A stretch of DNA of 64,000 nucleotides from positions 72,850,001-72,914,000 of the forward strand of contig CM059430.1 in NCBI GenBank assembly GCA_030390025.1. The letters run 5' to 3'. The position numbers and the translations under genes are program-made. The DNA comes from Squalus acanthias. Its lineage: Eukaryota. The notes under the pieces were generated by a model that worked only from the letters and a program-made list of their open reading frames with translations, was not told the DNA's origin and did no database searches. Shown one piece after another: positions 39,445-50,109 of this stretch (its first letter is position 1; every line of letters starts with the position of its first letter).

Positions 39445-41058
39445 CCTTGGCAGCAAAATGGATTCACAGGTCTCTCCAGGCCGAGATTCAAGGCTGCAAT
39501 GAGCAGGGTGTGGCTGGGAAGCAAGATGCCCCCCCCCCCCTTTAAGCACTGGCCGGCGCCAGTGTGTCTGTGTTCCCTCGCTAACTGGCAGCACCTGCGC
39601 TGCGCTCGCGCGCTGAGTTAGCGCCTCACTGCTCGGCCTTTGCGCCTTAAGACAGGTGTGCAGCGCCTGATTTAGCGCTCCACTCACCTCCCAGGGCGGT
39701 AAAAGTGAAGTTTCCAGTCAGTGGCGATAATTAGCGCCAGGCACTAATTTTTGCGTCCAGACGATATTTGCGCCCCAAACGGGGCGCGACCTAATTTTCC
39801 CCCCCAAAACTTCCCATTGCGCTTCCCAGGAGCGTAATCAGACAACGAAATTGACTAGCGAACCAAAGAAGGAAACATTAGGAAAGGGGTCTAAAACCTT
39901 GATCAAAGAGGTAGGTTTACGGAGCATTTTAAAGGAGGAGAGAGAGGTAGAGAGGTGGAGAAGTTTCGGGAGAAAATTCTAGAGTTGTGAGATTATATCG
40001 CTGAGGGCTCGGCAGACCATGGTGGGGCGAATTAGGGGGTCCGAAAGAGGCCGGAATTGGAATAATGCAGCTTTCTGTGCGAATTGTAGGGCCGGAGAAT
40101 GTTGAAGAGATTAGCAGGGGCGTGGCTATGGAGCGATTTGAAACCAAAGATAAGAATTTTTAATTGTCGAACGAGGAAAGCAAAAGCGACCTCATTGTTT
40201 CACAGGAGACGACAATATTTGTATGGAAACCTCATAAGCATGAATGTGAATACTCCCAAAATAAAAACCTAGACATTAATATAAATGAGCCATCGCTTAT
40301 TTCTAATTCATTAAAAGCCATTTAATTAAATATTTAAAGCAAAAACTTATTTTTAGAAAAATACATTTAAAAGTTTTAAAAGGGCTAAAGTTTTTAAATG
40401 TATAAATTATTGATAAAATTTGATTTTTTCTGTTTTTTATATCTCTTACGCTATTAAAAGCAGGTCTTGTGCCTGCTTTTGCCAGGCGTAAGAATTTCAC
40501 AGGCAGTCGCTTGGTAGAAGTTGTGCAAATCACAGCCCATTTATGCACTTTTCCAGGGGATGTGGAGGATCTTGACAGATCGCAAGTTCCGGGTTTCAGC
40601 GCATGCCTAAACCCGGGACTTGCGCTGCCCCGACGGGTGCATACAAACCTGGTACACACCCTTAGGGGCCGCAAATTATATCACATTATGCTTCTGTGGA
40701 TTCCATTTACCTACGGAATCCCCATAAGCACAATAGGAATCACCTAAAAACAGACTTTCACAACACTTAAAAAAATCATCACTTGGTCAAAATTAATTAA
40801 AATACAATTTAATTGAACATTTAAAACAAATATTTAATTTTTTGAAAAATAAATGTAAAAAATTTTTAATGGGCCAAAAGTAACCTAAACAATTTTTAAT
40901 GGTATTTATTTGTTTAAATCATTTAAGAAGATGTATTTTAATATTTATTAAAACCGTTACGCTGGTAAAAGAAGGCCTTATGCCTGCTTTTACCTGGTAC
41001 CTGGCGTAAGTTTTTCATGGGCATTCGCTGGGCAGTAGTTGGGCAATTAGCGAATGTC

Positions 41059-42125
41059 CACATGGCTATCTCATAGAAGGCAGAGGGTGGTGGTGGATGG
41101 ACAATTTTCGGACTGGAGACCAGTTACCAGCGGTGTGCCACAGGGGTCGGTGCTTGGTCCTCTGCTGTTTGTGATTTTTATCAATGACTTGGAGGAGGGC
41201 ACTGAAGGGTGCATCAGTAAATTTGCTGATGACACCAAGATTGGTGGAGTAGTGGATGAGGTGGAGGGCTGTTGTAGGCTGCAAAGAGACATTGATAGGA
41301 TGCAGAGCTGGGCAGAAAAATGGCAGATGGAATTTAACCCTGATAAGTGCGAGGTGATTCATTTTGGTCGGGCAAATTTGAATAAGGATTACAGGGTCAA
41401 CGGCAGGGTTCTGAGGAACGTGGAGGAACAGAGGGATCTGGGGGTTCATATCCATAGATCTCTGAAGGTTGCCACTCAAGTAGATAGAGCAGTAAAGAAG
41501 GCCTATAGTGTGTTAGCGTTTATTAAACAAGGGGTTTGAGTTTAAGAACAGTGAGGTTATGCTGCAACTGTACAGGACCTTGGTGAGACCACATTTGGAA
41601 TATTGTGTGCAGTTCTGGTCAACTCACTATAGGAAGGACGTGGAAGCATTGGAAAAAGTGCAAAGGAGATTTACCAAGAAGCTGCCTGGTTTGGGGGGGA
41701 GGTCTTATGAGGAAAGATTGAGGGAGCTAGGGCTTTTCTCTTTAGTGCGGAGGAGGATGAGAGGCGACTTAATAGAGGTTTATAAGATGATGAGGGGGAT
41801 AGATAGAGTGGATGTTCAGAGACTATTTCCTCGGGTGGATGTCGCTTTTACAAAGGGCATAACTATAAGGTGCATGGGGGGAGATATAGAAGGGATGTCC
41901 GAGGTAGATTCTTTACTCAGAGAGTGGTTGGGGTGTGGAATGGAATGCCTGCTGTGATAGTGGAGTCGGACACTTTAGGAACTTTCAAGCGCTTATTGGA
42001 TAAGCACATGGAGCACACCAGAATGATAGGGAGTGGAATAGATTGATCTTGGTTTCGGACAATGCTCGGCACAACATCGAGGGCCGAAGGGCCTGTACTG
42101 TGCTGTACTGTTCTCTCTCTGTTCT
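41059..42125 (+). mobile_element. 5'-truncated CR1 LINE inserted in a MITE
   Basis: [31 protein letters not shown]; MITE sequence resumes after the tail. Confidence 0.95.
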
Positions 42126-42360
42126 CTCTCTGCCCATTTTCTGCACATGCGGATGATCTGTCAAGCTGAAACTTGACAGATCGCAAATTCCGGGTTTTAA
42201 CGCAGGCGTATCGCATGCAGAAACCTGGAACTTGCAGGTCACTTACGACTGCGTTCGCTGTACGTACCTGATCATTGGCCCTGGAAGATCTGGGCCAATA
42301 GAGTCCGAAATTAAAAGCACAAAGGAATACCAAATTCGTTCCCTCTAACATTTTCAATAG

Positions 42361-42505
42361 CTTCCCCAGCTCCGTTACGGATTATTTAGCTGAAGAGAAC
42401 TCATCTGCTCTGACTCTCGTCTGTAAAACGATAGAGTTCTGCCCGGAATCTCTCACCTTCACTTGGTATTAAGATCACACGAAGATTGTGACTGGGATCA
42501 GCAAA
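42361..42505 (+). pseudogene. Third, more divergent C1-exon relic of the same receptor family, opposite orientation
   Basis: ttttcaatag|CT TCC CCA GCT CCG TTA CGG ATT (SPAPLRI), then after a frameshift SSALTLVCKTIEFCPESLTFTWY*DHTKIVTGIS; truncated by a LINE fragment. Absent from the ORF track. Confidence 0.8.
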
Positions 42506-44350
42506 ACGTCCTGGACGGGAAGCTGTGTTGATCCCAGCTTCCTAGCCTCATTTGGACGGCCACAATCAGGACCGCCAGAAACACTCAGCTACAAACATTA
42601 TTCAGGGATTATGGGAGCTGAACAGCATTGGAGAAATGGCAGCAGCTGCCTGAATATCAACACATCATTGCAATGCGTGTGGCATCAAGGAGTCTTCACA
42701 ATCTGGAGGTCATTTGGGCCGAGTGGAACACACTTCAGTTGGAGATCAATCATGACAGCCGTGCAGGAGTTCCTAACAGAAGTATCGTCAGCCTAACTAT
42801 CTTCAGCTGCTCCATCAATGACCTTCACTGCACCATAAGTTCACGAGCGTGGCTGTTAATAGATAATTATAGTGTTCAGTTCCAGTGGCAACTCCTTAGA
42901 TAATGAATCAGGCAACAGCAGCAGTAACTTTCAAAAGGGAATTGGATATATACTTGAAAACGAAATACATTGCGGGGCTTTGGCGAAAAACCAGGAGAGT
43001 GAAACTCTTTTGATAGCTCTTTCAAAGAGCCGACACAGGCACGATGGGCCAAATGACCTCTTGCTGTGCTGTATGATTCTATCCTGATTCTATGATACCA
43101 GCCCACAACAGGACATTTACAACATTCATTGTGAGGTAACATTCGTGCCACATAAGTGCCAAGCAATGTCCAGCTCTATGACCAAGGAAAAGCACATCAA
43201 TTTCCCCAATGCGTCAACACCCCATCTATATCCTGGACATTAATCATTGCTCAGCAACTTACCCGAACCTGCTATATGAACAACCGCAACTACTGGAGCA
43301 GCGCAGAAGCTGATAGCTTTGCAATGAACTGATTGCCTATCAACCTGTGAGCCTGTTTCTGACATCCACAAGCCTCAAGTCTGGAATTTGCAGCCATAGG
43401 CATTATTCGCCCAGATGGGTGCTTCTCAGCGCTCAAGTATCTCCGCACTATCCAGAACACCAACAGTTTGTTTGATTCGCACCAATTTCACAGGAATCCA
43501 TTGGTGCTGCACGTACTATGTACATGATGCATTAAAACAATCAATGAATGAACAACATACCCAGAGTTGACAATGGAAAAAAAAGCAAATGTTGAACGTT
43601 TTGACAAGCTTTGGTCCAAAGGAAACTTGTTCCTCCCAAGCACACTACACTTACCAGATGTCATGTCTTAAATTACTCATATGCTGAAGTTTTTGGATTA
43701 ATCTATTTTAAGGTAAATGGGGGTTGATGCAATTCAGTGGTTACTTTTATAAAGCCAACAGATCACCTTGTCTTATCTCGTTCTTGTCTTACCATTATTA
43801 TCTGAGTAATATAGACTTTTGGTGTGGCTTTTGTAGGAAGAATGCAGGACACGAGGGTGATGCTATCAGAAAGGGTTTCCCACATTATTTGCTAACGATT
43901 TTTAATCGGCTTATTCATGCCTGATTTAAAATAGGGTCCAAAGGAATGTCATACAGTAGCTAAGTAATGCTAAGCCCAAGTAAATTGTGCTAAGACAATG
44001 CCACACATTGTGAAAAATGAAAAAAACATGATTGACGTCAAAAAACACTGAAGAGCCAGAATATCATTTTAATGGTTGGAGAATGCTGCTTTGTTAACCA
44101 TTAAGCAATTGACTATACAAGAAATAAATAACATTCATCTTGATTTTTTCAAGAAATCAACTTTGTTAATGTCATAGCTGGATAACGATTTATAAAATAA
44201 GTCGTAGCAATTGGTGCATTTGTCTGTTGAAGTATGTTGCCCTGGAAAATAATGGCGGCAGAAGCACAACAAAGATACATACATAGGCAAGTACCAAGGC
44301 TTACGCGAGCATTCTGCACGACGACAGTAGTCTCTGCACAGGTGAAAACA

Positions 44351-44513
44351 TTAGGTGATATTGGTTCTGGTGTAAATGAACTCGGCTATTGCTCTTTGGG
44401 TTTTCAAGTGTAACTGGTCACAATCTGAACTCTTATTCTGAAGTTTAGGCTGTTCTGTTTTCATGGAGCCAGCCAATTCCAGCGCAGCGTATGTCTGTTG
44501 CCGCTTGCTTTGT
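44351..44513 (-). CDS. Copy B terminal exon: cytoplasmic tyrosine-motif exon 2 (downstream of the premature stop)
   Basis: Encodes TYAALELAGSMKTEQPKLQNKSSDCDQLHLKTQRAIAEFIYTRTNIT*, similar to the previous exon (YAAL-x-L-x2-SMKT). The acceptor is ambiguous: tatag at 44514 is out of frame, caacag at ~44495 is in frame. Confidence 0.65.
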
Positions 44514-47500
44514 CTATAATGCGAGTGTTGGAGAATACCATTAGTACATGGTCAGTGCCAATATGTTCCGTAGTGATAGGAGCCATTACATTTAAGAAAG
44601 TCAACAGGTAATGCGATTTAACTAAGACGAGCAAACTAATTTATTTACTCTGCTGCCATGGGTGACCTGTATTTATTTTTTTCTCAACCTACCTGGGCCT
44701 ACAGAGTGCTCTCCTCTTGATACTTAGCCCTTGCAGTTTTCATTGACTTGGACAAATCTAATGCAGCGTAAATCTTCATCTCATTTGCTGATCCCTGCAT
44801 AGATCACAAAATAATGCATATTATATTGTTTACTCTTTATCTTAGTGACACTGCAGTGTATGGATTACACGTTGAACCGAACGGACTTTAATACTAAAAC
44901 TAGAGTTGGAAAGAGAAGCTTTAAAATAAATCCACTTTGAGATTTCTTTCTCTCAATAATTTTATACTATATCAAGAGGGCACTATATTATACGTTACTC
45001 TCTCAATGTGGACTATATTCGTGTTATAACTTATTGTTGTTACACAAGTTACTGCTTAGTAAGCCCTATGTGTGATAGCACAAAGGCCTAATGATACCTA
45101 AATTACTTGAGGTGTTCTGCTCTTACATGTGCATGCATGTTTGAAAATAACATTTTATGTTGTTGCTGATTATATTGGCATTATATATTTTGGATACAAT
45201 TTCAATTACATGTGAAAAAAACGCAGTAAAAACCTTCAGGAGATACATTGAATTTAGAATTGTCTCGCTGAAATATGAAATAAATATTTACTCTAAATTT
45301 TAAAGGTAAATGCTTTCCCTTAAGCAGCAAACTGATGTATTTCAGTCCAGCGGATTAATGGCATCTCTGAAAGTATTTCAAGCTTAATCTCACAGCCAAT
45401 TTCTATTTGCTTAACAAATGTATGAAAAGAACCTACCAGAACTTCTGGATGTGGTGGTTGTTCCATGGAATCCCCTGTTCCTGGTAATGAATGGACTTGA
45501 AAATTTGAACATGTATTATTTGCTAATATCGTTCTTCATGATTCCAAAACCATTTTATGTAGGCTTAATACAGTCCAAATTTATGTTCAGGAGCACATTC
45601 TAGAACTTGTTGGATATCTCTAATTGTTCAAGCTTTACTCTCAAATTACCTTCTCCAGATTTTGTTAATTTATTGAGTCCTACTCGAGTCAATTTCCACG
45701 GTGTCAAGAGGCTTCCTGCGTTGAGCATGGCCCTGAAATTGCGGATTCTGTGACGGCATCCTCTCAGAGTATACCATTGTATTCCTTTTGAAATGCCCCG
45801 TAAGTTCCGGATTTCCTCAAGTTCTTGCATATATCTGCAACGTGAGGACTGACAATGTACACGTTGACAGGCCATATGCGGGAAACCCGAAAAAGCAATC
45901 CCTGGCGCAGAGTTCAGCAATTTACACAGCGATTGGCCAGAAATTGCCCACGTGGGTCTTACAGTTCATGAAAGCAGGCATGGGATTGTTTGTATCAGCG
46001 TAAGGAGATATCTAAGGCTTAAATTAAAAAATTTTAACATCCAAAATTATGCACATATACTGTATTAAATGAGTTTATGCAAATATTAGACTGTATTACA
46101 GTTTTAAATACGTATGAAATTCTCAAAAAAAAATATATTGCCGAGGTTGGTGTAGTGAAGGTACTTTTGAATAAAATTCCAAATTTGAACATTGTATAAT
46201 TGTTAGATTTGGGAATTCCATTGCATATCATTGGGGGATACATTTCGTAAATGATTGGAATGGTATTCTGTTTATGGATTGGATGACTGAGCCCACGTGA
46301 TCGCAGATACGCTTCCGATGCGCCTGCATCATGGGATCTGTGGATCATTCCGCTGCCCTCCGCCTCGAGGCCTGAGACCACAACTTTTCACAGTCAGGGC
46401 ACCAGGAGATACTTTCGTAATTGTTTCATGGGTCGGAGGCATACTCCGGAATTATGCTTCTGACGGCAGTTTCTAGCCTGTTACTTTATGGGAAAGCGCA
46501 CCGCATTAGACCCTGCACTCAACTCACTTCCACAATGGTAATGCATCAGCAGAAAGTGGTCAGAGAATTTTAGATACAACACGAGAAACTTTCTCCTACC
46601 CACTCCAGAGAGGTGAAAGGCAATACGGCCACTTTATTGCTCCGGGACAGATTGTTAAACTCAGTGCATAGGTTCTAGTGCTCCATCTCCCTGGGTCCTA
46701 TTATCAGCAGCACAACATGTCATCCATTTGCAAGAGAGAAGCAATAAATTCTCATTTATGTAGCGCGTTCTCGGACGTTAAGACATCCCAATGCGCTTGT
46801 CTAAAGAAACGTACTTTGGAAGTTTAAGCAATGTTGTAATGCAAGGAAAAGCGGCGGCTAATTGATCACAGATAGGTCGTGCATACAGTCATGCGATAAA
46901 TAAGCAATTAAATTGTTTTATCGATGTACATTGGGGATACATGTTTTGCAGGTCACCGACAGATCTTCCAGTCCTCCTTAAATAGTCCCAAGAGATCTAT
47001 TACATCCACTTCAGCGGGCAGACGGTGACTGGTTTTCAGTTTTCATCCGAAAGCTCTCCCTCAGTACGGCACTGGGTTGTCGGCCTAAATTATGTGCTTA
47101 AATCTCCGACCGCTGATTATCAGGTGAAAATGCTACTACAGATCCAAGGCTGACATTAACTTACTTCATCCCTACCCTCACATTATCAAGGAAATACTGA
47201 AGGACACAATGAAACGGGACAATATCATACCTATACATATTATTAATGGATATCGCTTCCTTATGATTATCAGGAGCAACAGAATTAAGATTGCACCTCC
47301 TGCGGATCGATAGAGCTTTATGTACCATTGTGCGTTGCCATCTCCTGTAAAATAAATGTTAAAAATAAAATTTGAAATTGAACATTTTGAGAAAGTTTTC
47401 TGCAGACCCAACTTTCAATGTCGCCTATCATTCTTTTGAACGTTTATTTCAATTTTAGGGAGTCCCGCAGCATAAAGAGACGGTTAAACATTTTATTGAT

Positions 47501-50109
47501 CTTCTCATTTTTCCTTTTCCATTTCAAGTCGTTATGATTACTTAACATCTAAAGAGAATTTTACTACTGTGTTTATAAAATGGAGCACGATTAATCCTCC
47601 AGCCCTGAGTAATACTCAAGACGATTATCCTTGGACTTTAGTTTTTAGACCACATGTTAACTCGGAATTAGATATGATAGTTGATTCCTAGATTAGTCAC
47701 CAGTGTTTGGTAAACAAGTTATGCTGTTTCGAGAATTCAACAGCTTCAGCTTTCCCTTTTACTGAAACCAGCATTTTAATTCCAGAATTGTTTAAACTGA
47801 AGTTAAATTCTCAAACTACCATGGCGTGATTATCAGTCCAGGCGTCTGGGTTACTATTTCCGTACAATAACAATTATATTACAATACCTCAGCTCTCTAA
47901 TAAAATATGTTCAGTACAAAGACCTATTCGCCAACAGACCTTGAATAATCTACTTATATTCATATTCTTGTTCCTATGAAGAGTGAAAACTCATCAATGC
48001 TCCTTTAAGTGATTGAGGACAAAGTTATGCAAATGCCAAATACGGTCCATAATCTTTGGTATCCGTCTTGGGTCAGATGTTCCTTGCATTTGTTATAATT
48101 AGATTTTTACCTACGGTACTGGTTGAAATGAATCGGAAGTCAGTTGCCGTTTGGCCGGTGAGATGAAATGCCTGGCAGGTATAAATAGTCCCGCTCTTGA
48201 CAGGCTGTGACTCTTCCAAAAAGCTGGAAACTTCATACGGACCTTTTTCATTTAGCTGTATAACGGCGTTTATCCCGGTCTCAACTTTCACACCATCCTT
48301 GTACCAAGTAATATTGATATAATTTGGGTAAAATTCAGCAGTTTTACACACAAGAATCAAAGAAGCAGATGCATTACGATCTGCCTCATTGCAGTCAATA
48401 CGCAGAGGGCTTGGGGGAACTGTGGAACAAGATATAGAAGAGATGAGAACTGACTGAGCTCTTTCAGAATGTATGAAGTAATTCTAATTTCTACCAGATT
48501 AAATCAATGTGACATTAATACTTTGCAAACATTAAGTGGCATGTTCATTTATAGAAACGTTGGGTGGATTTTCAACTTGCTGTCTGGGCGGGAAACAGAC
48601 GATGTTGATCGGCAACTCGGCATCAAGTTGAAAATCTATCCCATTAATTAAAGGATTACAATTTCTACTGAGACATTGGTGAGCTAAACATGATACCGTC
48701 GAGATCAATGCTAGAAAGAATATAGATGGAAGATATAAAGTTTTGGAGGGTTTTGAGATTATTGCAACATATATATCTCAATATAACTCATAATTAAGAG
48801 CAGGTAGAAAGGGATTCGATGGATAATATGGTTTACAACACTTTGCATTTTACAGGAATAAGCCTTTAATTTAAAAAAGAGATCATTTCACGGTCAAATT
48901 GTTTTAATGTTGTTTATAAAAGCATATTGAACACCATTCACCTAAACAGGAATACTTTAGAAAGTTGACAGACGGTTTAATAACTGTGGAGACAGTTTTA
49001 CTGAGTTGGAGACTCTTTTGAAGTAATTATTGTGAAGAGTGTTGGAAAGGTTAATTTAAAATATAGATAATACGTAGTTTAAGAACGGCAGTAAGTGAAG
49101 AACCATAGCTGGAGGAAACGCAAAGGAGAAAACAGATCAAATGGAAAGTTACTGAGAACTCGCCGTAGAAGGACCCGAAGTTTAAGCCAGATTGCTGCAG
49201 AGAGAGACGTAACGGTTCGAAACCAACAATTAACTTGCCATCTAACGGAACAGCCTATTCGTCATATTCTCATTGAAGCGGCAGACTTACCAGTGAAAAT
49301 CAAACAGTCGTCCTCGCTAAAATAAACTGTACTCAATTATAACCAGCAAATTATGTTACATCGTGATAATGAATGATGTTTATTGCCCTCTGCTTGTTGA
49401 TTTAGCTTGGCTTCGCTAATTATTAATAATGCATTCGTAATGATATTAATGCATCATCAATGTTGAACCTCAAGTTCACCACTAGCTGTAATTTAGTGGA
49501 TGGAATTAAGTAAATTAATCAGTGGCAAACCTCTTTCACGTTCAATTATTGATGGCGTTATTAATCAAGTGTTGAAATTTCTCTTTACCGAAAGTTATAT
49601 TACATTCGTGTTCGTTCCCAAACGTTATTTGAACGAATTGTGTATAAATAAAGCATGGTATTGAAAAAGAATTTCATTGTAAATTCCAAAAGGCTTAAAA
49701 CAAACGCTTGGATGTCCGAAACATGAATGACGATAAAAAAAATTCTTGCACTGTGTTTGTTTTAAACATTTAGTGGAATAGTTTCAGGTACAAACTACCG
49801 TAGATGAGAAGCTTTGACCCAGTTCCATTTCCCATTCGTCTACCCGGATGTTTCACTCCGCAGCAATAAACTCCGGAGTCCGCGGAGCTGACATTCAGGA
49901 GCTGAAGAGAGGCCTCTCCTTTCTTCAAAGGAAGAAATCGTTTTCTGCTGTCATTAAGTGAATGTAGAAACTCATTTTCTCCCAGTTTCCACCAGTAAAC
50001 AGTCATATCGGAATTATCTTGTAAAAAGGGAGCGCGCAATAGAAAGTAATGTTCCCACCTGCGATCTCGTTGGCGTTTTCAGGGGCTTGGATCACACTTA
50101 AATAAGCAC
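44351..50109 (-). CDS. Ig-superfamily V-C1-TM-cytoplasmic receptor gene, copy B (NKp30/SIRP-like, non-rearranging; leader exon not resolved)
   Basis: Six AG/GT-bounded, phase-compatible exons read by eye: V 50109-49799, C1 48419-48111, TM 47344-47231, cyt1 45495-45437, cyt2 44794-44693, cyt3 44513-44351. As written it has a -1 frameshift in the A5 run at 50023-50027 and a TAG at 44699-44701. Confidence 0.8.
44693..44794 (-). CDS. Copy B exon: cytoplasmic tyrosine-motif exon 1
   Basis: atgcag|GGA ... GCC CAG|gtagg; 102 nt, phase 0/0; GSANEMKIYAALDLSKSMKTARAKYQEESTL*AQ, with an in-frame TAG at 44699-44701. Confidence 0.75.
45437..45495 (-). CDS. Copy B exon: cytoplasmic linker
   Basis: ttttcaag|TC CAT ... 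GTT CTG|gtagg; 59 nt, phase 1 to 0; VHSLPGTGDSMEQPPHPEVL. It bridges the phases of the TM exon and the next exon. Confidence 0.65.
46740..47155 (-). mobile_element. Decayed SINE with an L2-like tail (DeuSINE-like)
   Basis: Tail resembles the L2 ends in this window; central ctccctcagtac..cactg core. Confidence 0.55.
47231..47344 (-). CDS. Copy B exon: transmembrane segment
   Basis: ttttacag|GA GAT ... TGT ATA G|gtatga; 114 nt, phase 1/1. GDGNAQWYIKLYRSAGGAILILLLLIIIRKRYPLIICI is a hydrophobic stretch followed by an RKR stop-transfer. Confidence 0.82.
48111..48419 (-). CDS. Copy B exon: C1-set Ig domain
   Basis: acag|TT CCC ... ACC GTA G|gtaaaa; 309 nt, open. LVCKTAEFYPNYINITWYKDG ... YEVSSFL ... 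YTCQAFH matches the C1 hallmarks (L-x-C-x4-FYP, I-x-I-T-W, Y-x-C-x-x-x-H). Confidence 0.92.
49799..50109 (-). CDS. Copy B exon: V-set Ig domain with in-exon J-like G strand
   Basis: tttag|GT GCT ... ATC TAC G|gtagtt (phase 1/1). Reads VIQAPE..NITFYC..VYWWK..ASLQLLNVSSADSGVYCCGVKHPGRRMGNGTGSKLLIY, with B-strand Cys, C-strand Trp, DSGVYxC and GxGxxL. It is 311 nt, one short of 312. Confidence 0.9.

Larger units (their letters stand above)
35475..39804. mobile_element. Complete PIF/Harbinger DNA transposon (~4.3 kb)
   Basis: TIRs GGGGGAAAAATT / AATTTTCCCCCC; 3-bp TSD CAA (35472-35474, 39805-39807); GC-rich subterminal regions with repeated GCGC/TAGCGCC; two convergent genes; it splits an L2 tail that rejoins across the TSD. 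Confidence 0.95.
35438..40170 (-). mobile_element. L2 3' fragment split by the Harbinger (35438-35474 and 39805-40170)
   Basis: The rejoined sequence matches 24916 onward. Confidence 0.75.

Noticed and set aside
12871-50109. Rearranging Ig/TCR locus
   Set aside because: V and the J-like strand are in one exon. The CACAGTG heptamers noticed (e.g. ~25350, 27182, 33567, 57547) lie in transposons, not beside the V exons.
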